Shown: in pieces, positions 36,898 through 46,228 of the stretch | Layout of the letters: each line of letters begins with the position of its first letter | Position numbering within the stretch: position 1 is the stretch's first letter | Assembly: GCA_009873635.1 (NCBI GenBank) | Contig: WAHY01000009.1 | Location: 44,181-108,180, forward strand | Source: Nitrospinota bacterium | GTDB taxonomy: Bacteria > Nitrospinota > Nitrospinia > Nitrospinales > VA-1 | Length of the DNA: 64,000 nt | Reading direction: 5' to 3' | Notes under the pieces: model-generated | Seen by the model: only the letters and a program-made list of their open reading frames with translations | Database searches by the model: none | What the model was told of the DNA's origin: nothing | Translations under genes and position numbers: made by a program

Positions 36898-37086
36898 TAA
36901 ATCGTTGAGTTTGAATGGTTTTCTTCCCTGCTGGCGAGCCGCCGGTGGCAAAGCAATGGCTTTGTTAAACTTGCTGAATAATTAATCCGAAAGCTCTTGA
37001 TATCTGCCCTTCTGGCTAAAAAAGGGCGTGAGCTAGGAGCCAGTCCTGTCTGAACTTCTTTTCAAAATCCCAAAGGGTTGAGTTTT

Positions 37087-38562
37087 ATGGCATCCAAACT
37101 TTTAGTTGCTGACGATAGCATCACCATACAGAAAATTGTATCAATGGCTTTTGAAAATGAGGACGTGGTGGTTGAAGGCGTTGGGGATGGACAGGAAGCT
37201 TTTGATCGAATTGCAGAGTTTAAACCAGATATTGTTCTGGCTGATATAGATATGCCGGGTCTGAACGGTTTTGACTTGAGTGAGAAAATCAAGGGCTCAC
37301 CGGAGACAAGTGATATCAAAGTTCTACTGCTTGCCAGCGATTTTGAAGATTTTGATGAAGAGCGTTATAAGGCTTGCGGGGCGAATAATCATATATCAAA
37401 ACCATTCAAGTCAGATGTTATTGTGACTATGGTCAACAATCTGCTTGAAGGTTCTGATGCTGCTGTCAGTTCTGCGGCTGATTTAGAAGAAACAAAAATT
37501 CCCGCTGAACCTGAAGTTATTGAACCGGATGATACAGAAGAAGCTGCTGAAATACTAGAAAACCTGAAGGTGCCGGATGTGCAGGAAGAACCCAGCCTTG
37601 AGGAATTGCTGGAGTCGGTAGAAAAACTTTCAACGGAAGGTGTTGAAGCCCCGGAACCGGCAGATGATGAATCTGATCCCGCTTTAAATACGGAGGAACT
37701 TGAACTTCCTGAGTCGGAGGGGGTGATCAGTGAGGAACCGCAACCCTCTGAGCCTGAAGTCATTGAGCCGTCGCAGGTAGAAGAAAGCAAACAAGATTTG
37801 GAAGCAGAAGAGCAGGGTTCTGAGACATTGCAAAGCCCTGTCGAGCAGGACGGGGAATTGCAGGAACCTGTCGTTCCATCCGGAAGTGATGACGACATAA
37901 TGGACCAGATGATTCGGGGTGTTGAAGAGTTGAAGGAGTCTGTAAATCCCCAAAGCTCCATTGAAGAAGAAAGTGAGCCTTTATCCCTGGCAGAGTTAGA
38001 TGCCGGTGAAGACGACAGCTATGATGATGAGCCAGAAATATTTGCGGAAGTTCGCCCCCGTAAGATGGATAATATGGATGACCTGGACTCAACGTTCAAG
38101 GAGCTTGCCATGGGGGCCAGACCGGACCAGCCTGACTTCGAGGAATCCCGTCCTGAACTGTCCTCGTTGGGGGGGATTGTTCCCGAGCCTGAAGACCTGT
38201 TAGAAAAAATAGCTCCGGGTGCGTTTTCAGAGGTGGGCAAACGACCTGCGACTCCGGAAGATATAAAAGAAAATCTGGATTATATTTCGGGACTTTCAGG
38301 ACAGGGTAAAGATACGGACGATATATCTTCAAGAGACTGGAGTTATGAATCAGGTGATGATCGTTTCAGCCAGGCCATTGCCGATGAGGTCAGGCAGGTG
38401 CTGAATAGATCGTTGGGCACTTCTTTGGAAAAGGAAGTTTTTGGATTGTCCGATGCTATTTTAAAAGTCATCCGAGAAGTTGTGAGAGAGGTTACCCCTG
38501 AAATTGCCCGCAGGGTGATTCGGGAAGAAATTGAAAAAATTAAAAAGCAGGACATGTTTTAA
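37087..38562 (+). CDS. romR: RomR-like response regulator (receiver + acidic disordered linker + conserved C-terminal helix)
   Basis: Receiver LLVADDSITIQKIV...DIVLADIDMP...LLLASDFEDFDE...ISKPF; C-terminus VIREVVREVTPEIARRVIREEIEKI resembles RomR-C as I recall it. Confidence 0.7.
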   Translation: MASKLLVADDSITIQKIVSMAFENEDVVVEGVGDGQEAFDRIAEFKPDIVLADIDMPGLNGFDLSEKIKGSPETSDIKVLLLASDFEDFDEERYKACGANNHISKPFKSDVIVTMVNNLLEGSDAAVSSAADLEETKIPAEPEVIEPDDTEEAAEILENLKVPDVQEEPSLEELLESVEKLSTEGVEAPEPADDESDPALNTEELELPESEGVISEEPQPSEPEVIEPSQVEESKQDLEAEEQGSETLQSPVEQDGELQEPVVPSGSDDDIMDQMIRGVEELKESVNPQSSIEEESEPLSLAELDAGEDDSYDDEPEIFAEVRPRKMDNMDDLDSTFKELAMGARPDQPDFEESRPELSSLGGIVPEPEDLLEKIAPGAFSEVGKRPATPEDIKENLDYISGLSGQGKDTDDISSRDWSYESGDDRFSQAIADEVRQVLNRSLGTSLEKEVFGLSDAILKVIREVVREVTPEIARRVIREEIEKIKKQDMF

Positions 38563-38688
38563 CCTGATTTATGATCCGCTCTATAAATTAAACACAAATT
38601 AAGACTGTATTTTTTTAATCTCTCAATGCGCGTTTCAGGCTTAGCGGAGAGTATTTGTTATATTGCCTGCAGGAAAGTTTTGCACTGA

Positions 38689-41340
38689 ATGATACAATTG
38701 GATAAGCATTACGAACCAGAGCAAGTTGAAAAACGCTGGGGACAATTTTGGCAGGAAAAAAATTTTTATCACGCTGATGAAAAGCTTGATAGTCCACCCT
38801 TTTCTATAGTTATACCTCCTCCCAATATTACGGGCCGTCTGCACATCGGGCATGCATTCAACAATACACTGCAGGATATCCTGACTCGCTGGAAGCGCAT
38901 GCAGGGTTTTAATGCGTTGTGGCAACCGGGTACAGACCATGCTGGCATTGCCACTCAGAACGTGGTTGAACGTCAACTGCACGATGAAGGTACTGACAGA
39001 CAGGCTCTCGGACGTGAAGAGTTTGTAAAACGAGTGTGGAGATGGCGCAACGAATCCGGCGGGACAATCAATGAGCAGTTGAAAAAACTGGGCAGTTCTC
39101 TGGATTGGGAGAGGGACCGCTTTACTATGGACGAAGGGTTGTCCAAAGCGGTCAGAGAGGTTTTTGTCACTCTCTATGAAGAGGGGCTGATTTACAAGGG
39201 AGACTACATCATAAACTGGTGTCCCCGTTGTCACACGGCACTGTCTGACCTGGAAGTGGAGCATGAAGACAAACAGGGCCACCTGTATCATTTGAAATAT
39301 CCTTTTAAAGAAAGTGATGGTTCTCTGATCATTGCCACGACACGGCCTGAAACAATGCTGGGAGATACCGCCGTTGCCGTCAACCCGGAAGATGAGCGCT
39401 ACACAGAATTCAAGGGCAAGACATTAATCCTTCCAATAGTGAATAGAGAAATTCCACTCATTGAAGATAGTTATGTTGATACCTCTTTTGGTACCGGAGC
39501 TTTAAAAGTGACCCCTGCTCATGACCCCAACGATTTTGAAATTGGGCGGCGGCATAAACTTGATTCCGTCAACGTGATGGATCCCAGTGGTTTTATGAAC
39601 GCCGAAGCAGGCCCTGCATACCAAGGCATGGACCGTTTCGAATGCCGTAAAAAACTGGTGGAAGACTTAAAAAGCCAGGGAATTTTGCTGAAAATAGAAG
39701 ACCTGACCCATTCTGTTGGCCATTGTTACAGGTGTAAGACAGTGGTTGAACCTTATCTTTCCAGGCAATGGTTTGTTAAGGCAGGCCCACTGGCGGAACC
39801 AGCTATTAAAGCGGTGAGAGAAGGCGAAATTAAAATTGTTCCCAAATTTTGGGAAAATACTTATTTTGAGTGGATGGAAAATATCCGAGACTGGTGCATA
39901 TCCCGTCAAATCTGGTGGGGGCACCAGATTCCCGCATGGACTTGTCAGGATTGCGAGGAAATTCAAGTTTCCAGGGAGACACCTGAAAACTGTTCAGCTT
40001 GTTCCTCAACGAACCTTGAACAGGATACAGATGTGTTGGATACCTGGTTCAGCTCAGCTCTCTGGCCGTTTTCTACATTGGGGTGGCCGGAGCAAACGGA
40101 ATCATTGAAAAGGTTTTACCCCACTTCTGTTCTTTGTACTGGATTTGACATCCTGTTTTTCTGGGTGGCACGCATGATCATGATGGGTATGAAATTCATG
40201 GGAGATGTGCCGTTTCGTCATGTTTATATCCATGCCCTTATCCGGGATGCGGAGGGGCAGAAAATGAGCAAGACAAAAGGGAATGTGATTGATCCCCTTG
40301 CTGTCATGCAGGAATATGGAACAGATGCGTTAAGGTTTACCCTGGCGGCTTTTGCCGCTCAAGGGCGTGATATTAAACTGGCTGAGGACCGTATCGAAGG
40401 TTATCGCAATTTTTGTAACAAACTCTGGAATGCCTCCCGGTTTGTGTTCATGAACCTTGAAGGTTATGAGGGGAATTGTCAACTGGACGAACATTCGGAA
40501 AAATCCATCGCTGACCAGTGGATTCTAAGTCGACTGAACAGCACCACGCAGGAAGTCAATCACGCTCTGGAGAATTTTAAGTTTAATGATGCTGCGCTGG
40601 CGGTTTATAAATTTATCTGGAATGAATATTGCGACTGGTATATTGAACTTGCAAAGTCCCGCTTGCAGAAGGAAGGAGCTGAAAAAACCGTTGCGCAAAA
40701 TGTTCTTGTGCATGTCCTTGAGGCGTCCCTGAAACTTCTTCACCCGTTTATGCCGTTTATCACTGAAGAAATCTGGCAAAAACTGCCTAAAAAAGGAGAC
40801 AGCATTATGATCAGTGCTTTTCCTGAATATGATGCCGCAAAAAGTGATAAAGATGTGGAAGAGGGAATGGGAAAGGTAATGGAAGTCATTACGGGGGTGC
40901 GAAATGTCCGTGGCGAGATGAACCTCAACCCAGGGTTGAAATTAAACGTTTTAATCAAAACCCGCCATGCAGAATTGGAAGCGACTTTAAAGAAACATTC
41001 AGGATTTATATGCGAATTAGCCCGTGTGGATCAAATAACTATAGGGCCGGATATCCCTAAACCTAAGGTTTCCGCATCTTCTGTATTTGGGGATATGGAC
41101 CTGATTATCCCTCTTGAGGGTATGATGGATTTCGAGGAAGAACGGAATCGCATAGAAAAAGAGTTGAAAAAAATTGAAAAAGACCTCATATTTTTAGATA
41201 AGAAACTCTCCAACCCGAATTTTGTGAAGAAGGCGCCTGCCGACGTCATTGAAAAAGACGAGAAAAGGAAAACCACCCTTTCTGAAAAACAGGCCAAACT
41301 TGAAATTCATTTAAAAACTATAGAACAGGCAATACAGTAA
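38689..41340 (+). CDS. valS: valine--tRNA ligase
   Basis: PPPNITGRLHIGHA (HIGH), GTDHAGIATQ, DWCISRQIWWGH, KMSKT, C-terminal coiled coil. Confidence 0.98.
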   Translation: MIQLDKHYEPEQVEKRWGQFWQEKNFYHADEKLDSPPFSIVIPPPNITGRLHIGHAFNNTLQDILTRWKRMQGFNALWQPGTDHAGIATQNVVERQLHDEGTDRQALGREEFVKRVWRWRNESGGTINEQLKKLGSSLDWERDRFTMDEGLSKAVREVFVTLYEEGLIYKGDYIINWCPRCHTALSDLEVEHEDKQGHLYHLKYPFKESDGSLIIATTRPETMLGDTAVAVNPEDERYTEFKGKTLILPIVNREIPLIEDSYVDTSFGTGALKVTPAHDPNDFEIGRRHKLDSVNVMDPSGFMNAEAGPAYQGMDRFECRKKLVEDLKSQGILLKIEDLTHSVGHCYRCKTVVEPYLSRQWFVKAGPLAEPAIKAVREGEIKIVPKFWENTYFEWMENIRDWCISRQIWWGHQIPAWTCQDCEEIQVSRETPENCSACSSTNLEQDTDVLDTWFSSALWPFSTLGWPEQTESLKRFYPTSVLCTGFDILFFWVARMIMMGMKFMGDVPFRHVYIHALIRDAEGQKMSKTKGNVIDPLAVMQEYGTDALRFTLAAFAAQGRDIKLAEDRIEGYRNFCNKLWNASRFVFMNLEGYEGNCQLDEHSEKSIADQWILSRLNSTTQEVNHALENFKFNDAALAVYKFIWNEYCDWYIELAKSRLQKEGAEKTVAQNVLVHVLEASLKLLHPFMPFITEEIWQKLPKKGDSIMISAFPEYDAAKSDKDVEEGMGKVMEVITGVRNVRGEMNLNPGLKLNVLIKTRHAELEATLKKHSGFICELARVDQITIGPDIPKPKVSASSVFGDMDLIIPLEGMMDFEEERNRIEKELKKIEKDLIFLDKKLSNPNFVKKAPADVIEKDEKRKTTLSEKQAKLEIHLKTIEQAIQ

Positions 41341-41390
41341 AGAATGTTAATCACCTTCAGGAATCTCATGTTTCCTCATCTCTTCTGATC

Positions 41391-43202
41391 ATGGATGCAA
41401 AAACAGGTACCCTTACGCGCGATGAAGTAAGTGTTGAATCCCAATGGGACTTAACAGGGTTATATTCCTGCGATGAAGATTGGACTGCCGAATTGGCGGA
41501 ATTGGAAGCGGAGGTTGGGAATTACGCTTCCTTTGCCGGTACCTTGGGAGACTCTGCCCTTAAACTCAAGGCATGCCTTGAGTTTGATATGAACTTTTCC
41601 CGAAGACTTGAAAAGCTTTATACATTTTCCCATCTTAAAAATGATGAGGACAAGACCAACAGTGTTTATCAGGGAAACTTTGAGAAGATAATGATGTTGG
41701 TCAGTGAGGCGAGCAAAGCTTCAAGTTTTATTCAGTCGGAAATCATGTCAATTCCTGAAGACAGGATGCGCGAGTATTTGGACCACAAGGAACTGGAGTT
41801 TTACCGGTTTCATCTTGAAAAGGTTTTGCGTTACAGGGCGCACACTCTCTCGGAAAAGGAAGAGGCACTTTTAGCAGCATCCGGAGAAATGGGACGGGGC
41901 ATGAGGGATGCGTTTGACATGCTTGATAATGCCGACCTGCAACTTGGAGAGATTGAGGATGAAAAGGGAGAAAAGATTTCCCTCACTCACGGAAACTTTC
42001 AAAGTCTTCTTCAGAGTTATGATCGTAGAGTCAGGAAAGATGCATTCGCTACCTACTACAAGGCTTATGAAGCGCATCAATTTACTTATTCCACATTGCT
42101 TGCCGGGAGCATAAAAAAAGATTTGTTTTACTCTCGGGCCAAAAAATTTCCCAGCTACCGTGCTAAAGCCCTGTTTGCTGAGAATATCCCGGTAGAGGTT
42201 TACGACAATCTGATTGAGTCTGTACATCAGAACCTTGCTCCACTCTATAAATATTTTAACTTAAGAAAACGCCTGTTAAATCTCGATGCGCTGCATATTT
42301 ATGACTGCAGTGTCCCGCTTGTGAAAGACATAAATTGGCATATGCCTTTCGATCAGGCTGTGGAAGAGATTCAATCTGCCCTGAATCCGTTAGGTACAGA
42401 GTATGTTGATCAACTGGTACGGGGGTTGTCAGTGGACCGCTGGACAGACAGGTATGAAAATAAAGGTAAGCGCAGTGGTGCTTATTCGTCCGGCTGCTAT
42501 GATTCGAATCCGTTTATCCTCATGAATTATAGAGAAGACAATATCAATAGCGCTTACACCCTTGCGCATGAGGCAGGGCATTCAATGCACTCGCTGTATT
42601 CGAGGAAAAACCAGCCCTACCTCTATTCCGACTATACGATTTTTGTGGCTGAGGTGGCTTCTACTTTTAATGAGGCTCTTTTGACCCGCCACTTCCTGAG
42701 TCAGGATATAGACCGCGATATGAGAGTTTATTTAATTTGCAGGGAGATTGATAACTTCCGCGGTACGCTATACAGGCAAACCATGTTTGCTGAATTCGAA
42801 CACCAGGTCTATAAGGCGATGGAAAATAATGACCCTTTAACCTTGGAACCTTTTAAAAAGATTTACACGGATCTTCTGGGGCTTTATTTTGGACCGGAAG
42901 TGGTTCTGGATGATTGTTTGTCACTGGAATGTTTCCGTATCCCTCATTTTTATTTCAGCTTTTATGTTTATAAATATGCCACAGGTATTTCTGCGGCCTA
43001 TGCTTTGGCCGAGAGAGTTCTTTCAGGCGGAGACTCTGAATTGAATGACTACCTGTGTTTTTTGAAATCTGGCGGATCAAAGTATCCAATAGACTTATTA
43101 CGTTTGGCAGGGGTGGATATGCTTTCGCCCGAACCTGTTAGAACGGCTTTAACAAAGTTTTCTGCCCTGGTCGATGAATTAGAGCAGTTGACCAATAACT
43201 AG
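41391..43202 (+). CDS. pepF: oligoendopeptidase F (M3B)
   Basis: WDL..LY, KGKRSGAYS, TLAHEAGHSMH (HExxH), FVAEVASTFNE, YVYKYATG. Confidence 0.95.
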   Translation: MDAKTGTLTRDEVSVESQWDLTGLYSCDEDWTAELAELEAEVGNYASFAGTLGDSALKLKACLEFDMNFSRRLEKLYTFSHLKNDEDKTNSVYQGNFEKIMMLVSEASKASSFIQSEIMSIPEDRMREYLDHKELEFYRFHLEKVLRYRAHTLSEKEEALLAASGEMGRGMRDAFDMLDNADLQLGEIEDEKGEKISLTHGNFQSLLQSYDRRVRKDAFATYYKAYEAHQFTYSTLLAGSIKKDLFYSRAKKFPSYRAKALFAENIPVEVYDNLIESVHQNLAPLYKYFNLRKRLLNLDALHIYDCSVPLVKDINWHMPFDQAVEEIQSALNPLGTEYVDQLVRGLSVDRWTDRYENKGKRSGAYSSGCYDSNPFILMNYREDNINSAYTLAHEAGHSMHSLYSRKNQPYLYSDYTIFVAEVASTFNEALLTRHFLSQDIDRDMRVYLICREIDNFRGTLYRQTMFAEFEHQVYKAMENNDPLTLEPFKKIYTDLLGLYFGPEVVLDDCLSLECFRIPHFYFSFYVYKYATGISAAYALAERVLSGGDSELNDYLCFLKSGGSKYPIDLLRLAGVDMLSPEPVRTALTKFSALVDELEQLTNN

Positions 43203-43224
43203 GATTTTTAACGGAGGGATTATC

Positions 43225-43263
43225 ATGACACGCAACCTCATAACAAAAGGAACAGCGTTTTGA
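43225..43263 (+). other. 12-codon upstream ORF overlapping the downstream TTG start
   Basis: GGAGG at 43213-17, then ATG 43225 MTRNLITKGTAF*; the TGA overlaps TTG 43260 (TTGA). Confidence 0.4.
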
Positions 43264-44018
43264 AAAAGACAGGCTCATTCAGAAAAAACGGCGGCAACCA
43301 GCGTAGAACTCAAAACCGCCAGGGAAATGCATCTGGAAAAAACCACAACCAGAATCAAAACCAGAACTCGGGAAAAAGAAAAGGGGGCATCCACCCATGG
43401 GTTTCCTCTGGTACTTCTTCTACTCAGGCACTCACCTCTCATATCAATATAGCCAATAAAAACAGTTCCGGCTCAAGCAGTAATCGCAAAAATCAAAATG
43501 GCAAAAACTCTCACCGCCAAAAACGAAATAACGGCAATAACTCCATGAGGTCAAATGGGGCCAGGACATCAAATCAGGAAAGAAATGGAAGAACTGCGCC
43601 ATATCCTAATCGTTCTTCCAATGCTTCTGCCCCAAAGAATTCTTCTGTGTCAGGGAAGACATTGACTGGAAGCCTGGACCCTTTCAGCCTGTTTTGCGCA
43701 TACCATTTGGGAATCGGTCCCAAAAAAGAATACCGGCCTTCAAACATCAATGAAGTTGCAAGGCGGTTTGGCAACGACCCTGCTACCATTCGTCAGGCTC
43801 TTAAAGATTGTGATATGGACTCAGCCTCCCTGCTGGATAAGGACTTTGACATGGCCTTGGCCCAATTGGATATTCAGGTCGCCCCAGAAGGTATTGACCG
43901 TATGGAACTTGCGAAATCTATTTATGAGGATTTTCTTGCTGCGCCATGTGTGAAAAGGGATTGGAAAAAAATCCTGGAGGAAGACCGCAAAGAAAACCGC
44001 AAGGTCTTTGGCGGATAG
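43260..44018 (+). CDS. hypothetical protein: N/Q/R/S-rich disordered N-half plus folded C-terminal domain
   Basis: Low-complexity first ~135 aa; C-terminal PFSLFCAYHLG...NINEVARRFG...DFDMALAQLDIQVAPEG. Confidence 0.8.
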   Translation: MKKTGSFRKNGGNQRRTQNRQGNASGKNHNQNQNQNSGKRKGGIHPWVSSGTSSTQALTSHINIANKNSSGSSSNRKNQNGKNSHRQKRNNGNNSMRSNGARTSNQERNGRTAPYPNRSSNASAPKNSSVSGKTLTGSLDPFSLFCAYHLGIGPKKEYRPSNINEVARRFGNDPATIRQALKDCDMDSASLLDKDFDMALAQLDIQVAPEGIDRMELAKSIYEDFLAAPCVKRDWKKILEEDRKENRKVFGG

Positions 44019-44062
44019 ACAATAGAATCTTTAGGGTCCGGCTATAAAAAGATTGATGAGCG

Positions 44063-45559
44063 TTATTCCGATACAACACTTCCTGTAGGAATACGTCGAA
44101 AATTTAATCCCTCGCGGATGATTTGGTCCTGTAGTTTTTTGATCCTGCCATTGGAGCACTTCAAACTATTCATTAAGATTGAAAAAGCAAAAGTCTCACC
44201 ATCTCTGGATTGAAAGTAACCGGAAAGTGAGCTGACATAATTCAGGGTTCCGGTTTTCACACGTGCTCTTTCTGAAATTTTGACCCCTCTCATCCTGTTT
44301 TTCACATTTCCATCAACACCCATAACACCCAAAGCAGAAACAAATTCTGGATATACTCCGAAGTCATTTTTGACGTAGCGTAGAATGTCGATGATCATTT
44401 GAGGTGATATACGATTTTGCCGGGACAGGCCAGAACCATCAAGAACCTTATACTGATCTTGCCTGTATCCCAGTTCCGTCAAATATTCTTCAAATGCTTT
44501 AAGGCCTTTGAGAGTGGTTCCGGGCGGACCGAATTTTTCGGCCCCGATAGTTTTTAAAATCTGCTCTGCCACAAAGTTGTTGCTGAACTTGTTAAGGCCC
44601 TGAAGTGCCAGGGTAAGAGGCTCTGACTCGTGGGTTAATAATTCCGTTGCTGTTTCTGGAACCCGGTCCTCTATAATTTCCCCGCGGAATTTGATGTCGG
44701 CATGATGAAGATACTTCTTCAGTGTGCTCAAAGTATACAGTGTGGGATCTGTAATGTTTAAGAAGTACTGGGCGCGTGGCTGGTTCAGTCTAATCCCACC
44801 TGAAACGGTGATCTCATCAAAACCATTGCGGTCCAGCCGATTTACAATCAACCTGCCGCGTTTGCCGGGCTTGAGGGTCTTGGCCTGATTGTCGAGAGTT
44901 ATATATTCGGTATCAGGTTCGATGATAATTTTTGGTTTGCGTCCGGCTTTTTCTCCGGGGCCAACAAATGCCTGGACGGTATTGAAATTAAAAGACAACG
45001 CACCTAACGGGGCTTCATAAGCCTGAGCACCAGGATTCTTGATCCAGGTTTTTACTCGTTTTCTGTCGTCGAAGAAAGAGTCATCGCCAATAATATTTCC
45101 GTTGACCTTGTACAGTGGAAGATTTTTTAACTTGTTGACCAGAAGCCACATTTGTTCGGTTACAAACTTCGGGTCTCCATAACCTTTGATATAAAGATTG
45201 CCGTTTAACTCACCATCCTTTAATTCTCCATCTGTATAGATCCGTGTTGGAAACCGGTAATTGGGACCTAGAACCTGGAGTGCAACGGCTGTAGTGAGGA
45301 TTTTTAAATTTGAGGCGGGGATAAATAGTTTCCCGGCACGTAACTCATACAGGGATTCACCTCGGTCCAGTGAATAAATCTTAATTCCAAAATTGTTTTT
45401 TCTCAGGCAGGAACTGGAAAGGACTTTTGTTATTTTTTTCTTAAATTCCGGGATCCCCGTTTCACGAATCTCAGCATCTGCCAAAGGGGGGGATGCCAGA
45501 CAGCAACCGAGTATACATACGGCAATAATTGACCTAATTTTATAGTAAAGGAATCTCAT
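44063..45559 (-). CDS. dacB: D-alanyl-D-alanine carboxypeptidase/endopeptidase (PBP4, peptidase S13)
   Basis: PASNLK (SxxK), KFSNN (SxN), VKTGT (KTG), GYGDP. Start set at ATG 45559. Confidence 0.93.
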   Translation of the reverse strand: MRFLYYKIRSIIAVCILGCCLASPPLADAEIRETGIPEFKKKITKVLSSSCLRKNNFGIKIYSLDRGESLYELRAGKLFIPASNLKILTTAVALQVLGPNYRFPTRIYTDGELKDGELNGNLYIKGYGDPKFVTEQMWLLVNKLKNLPLYKVNGNIIGDDSFFDDRKRVKTWIKNPGAQAYEAPLGALSFNFNTVQAFVGPGEKAGRKPKIIIEPDTEYITLDNQAKTLKPGKRGRLIVNRLDRNGFDEITVSGGIRLNQPRAQYFLNITDPTLYTLSTLKKYLHHADIKFRGEIIEDRVPETATELLTHESEPLTLALQGLNKFSNNFVAEQILKTIGAEKFGPPGTTLKGLKAFEEYLTELGYRQDQYKVLDGSGLSRQNRISPQMIIDILRYVKNDFGVYPEFVSALGVMGVDGNVKNRMRGVKISERARVKTGTLNYVSSLSGYFQSRDGETFAFSILMNSLKCSNGRIKKLQDQIIREGLNFRRIPTGSVVSE

Positions 45560-45666
45560 CGGGAAAAATTCTACTCTGTTAAAAATAATTTTACAATTGA
45601 CAAATCCGGGTGCATTAGCGAATCTGTTCAAGGCAGGTATCAGCATCAATACTTTCTGGAGAGGTC

Positions 45667-46182
45667 ATGATTGATTTTTCGCGTATCAAATACGGTGTGC
45701 TGGTCGCAATGGTGGCAATCCTTTTCGGAGGAGTGATGGGCCTTTCCTTTGGATGTTGTGAAGACAGCATAAAAGGTACCTTAAAAGCTGGTGCTGCTGA
45801 TGCCTTATCTACAGTTTATAAAGGCGATCAGGCCAAGGCCGATAAAGTGGTCAAAAAATCATGGGTCTATATGAAACGGGCCCATTTACACTCGCAAACA
45901 ATGGGTGTAATCAGTATTGCTTTTTCACTTTTGGTGGCATGGCTTAATTTCCCGCCAACTGCGCAATTGGGAATCTCTCTGCTAAGCGGGTTAGGCAGTT
46001 TGGGATATGGGCTTTTCTGGATGTTATCGGGTTACCTGGCTCCAGGTATGGGGTCAACAGGAACGGCGAAGGAATCTGTAGCGCTTATTGCCCAGGCATC
46101 AGGAGGAGCTTTTTTTGTGGCGGGTGTCGCACTATTTGGTTTCATGGCCTATAAAATGTTTTTCAAACCAACTACAGAATAA
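45667..46182 (+). CDS. 4-TM membrane protein with conserved-looking RAHLH motif
   Basis: Hydrophobic helices; KRAHLHSQTMG at the start of TM2. Confidence 0.75.
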   Translation: MIDFSRIKYGVLVAMVAILFGGVMGLSFGCCEDSIKGTLKAGAADALSTVYKGDQAKADKVVKKSWVYMKRAHLHSQTMGVISIAFSLLVAWLNFPPTAQLGISLLSGLGSLGYGLFWMLSGYLAPGMGSTGTAKESVALIAQASGGAFFVAGVALFGFMAYKMFFKPTTE

Positions 46183-46228
46183 ACTTCTGTTCTATCTGAT
46201 AAACCTTATCTATTAAATTTACATATTT

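Noticed and set aside
36930-36990. c-di-GMP-I or c-di-AMP riboswitch upstream of romR
   Set aside because: Only fragments (GGCAAA, GCTGAA, GAAA) match; the required stems and motifs are missing.
37389-37961. Ser-rich antisense ORF
   Set aside because: Reverse-strand artefact of the Glu-rich RomR linker.
38563-38688. T-box leader for valS
   Set aside because: The region is too short and AT-rich, with no T-box consensus or terminator.
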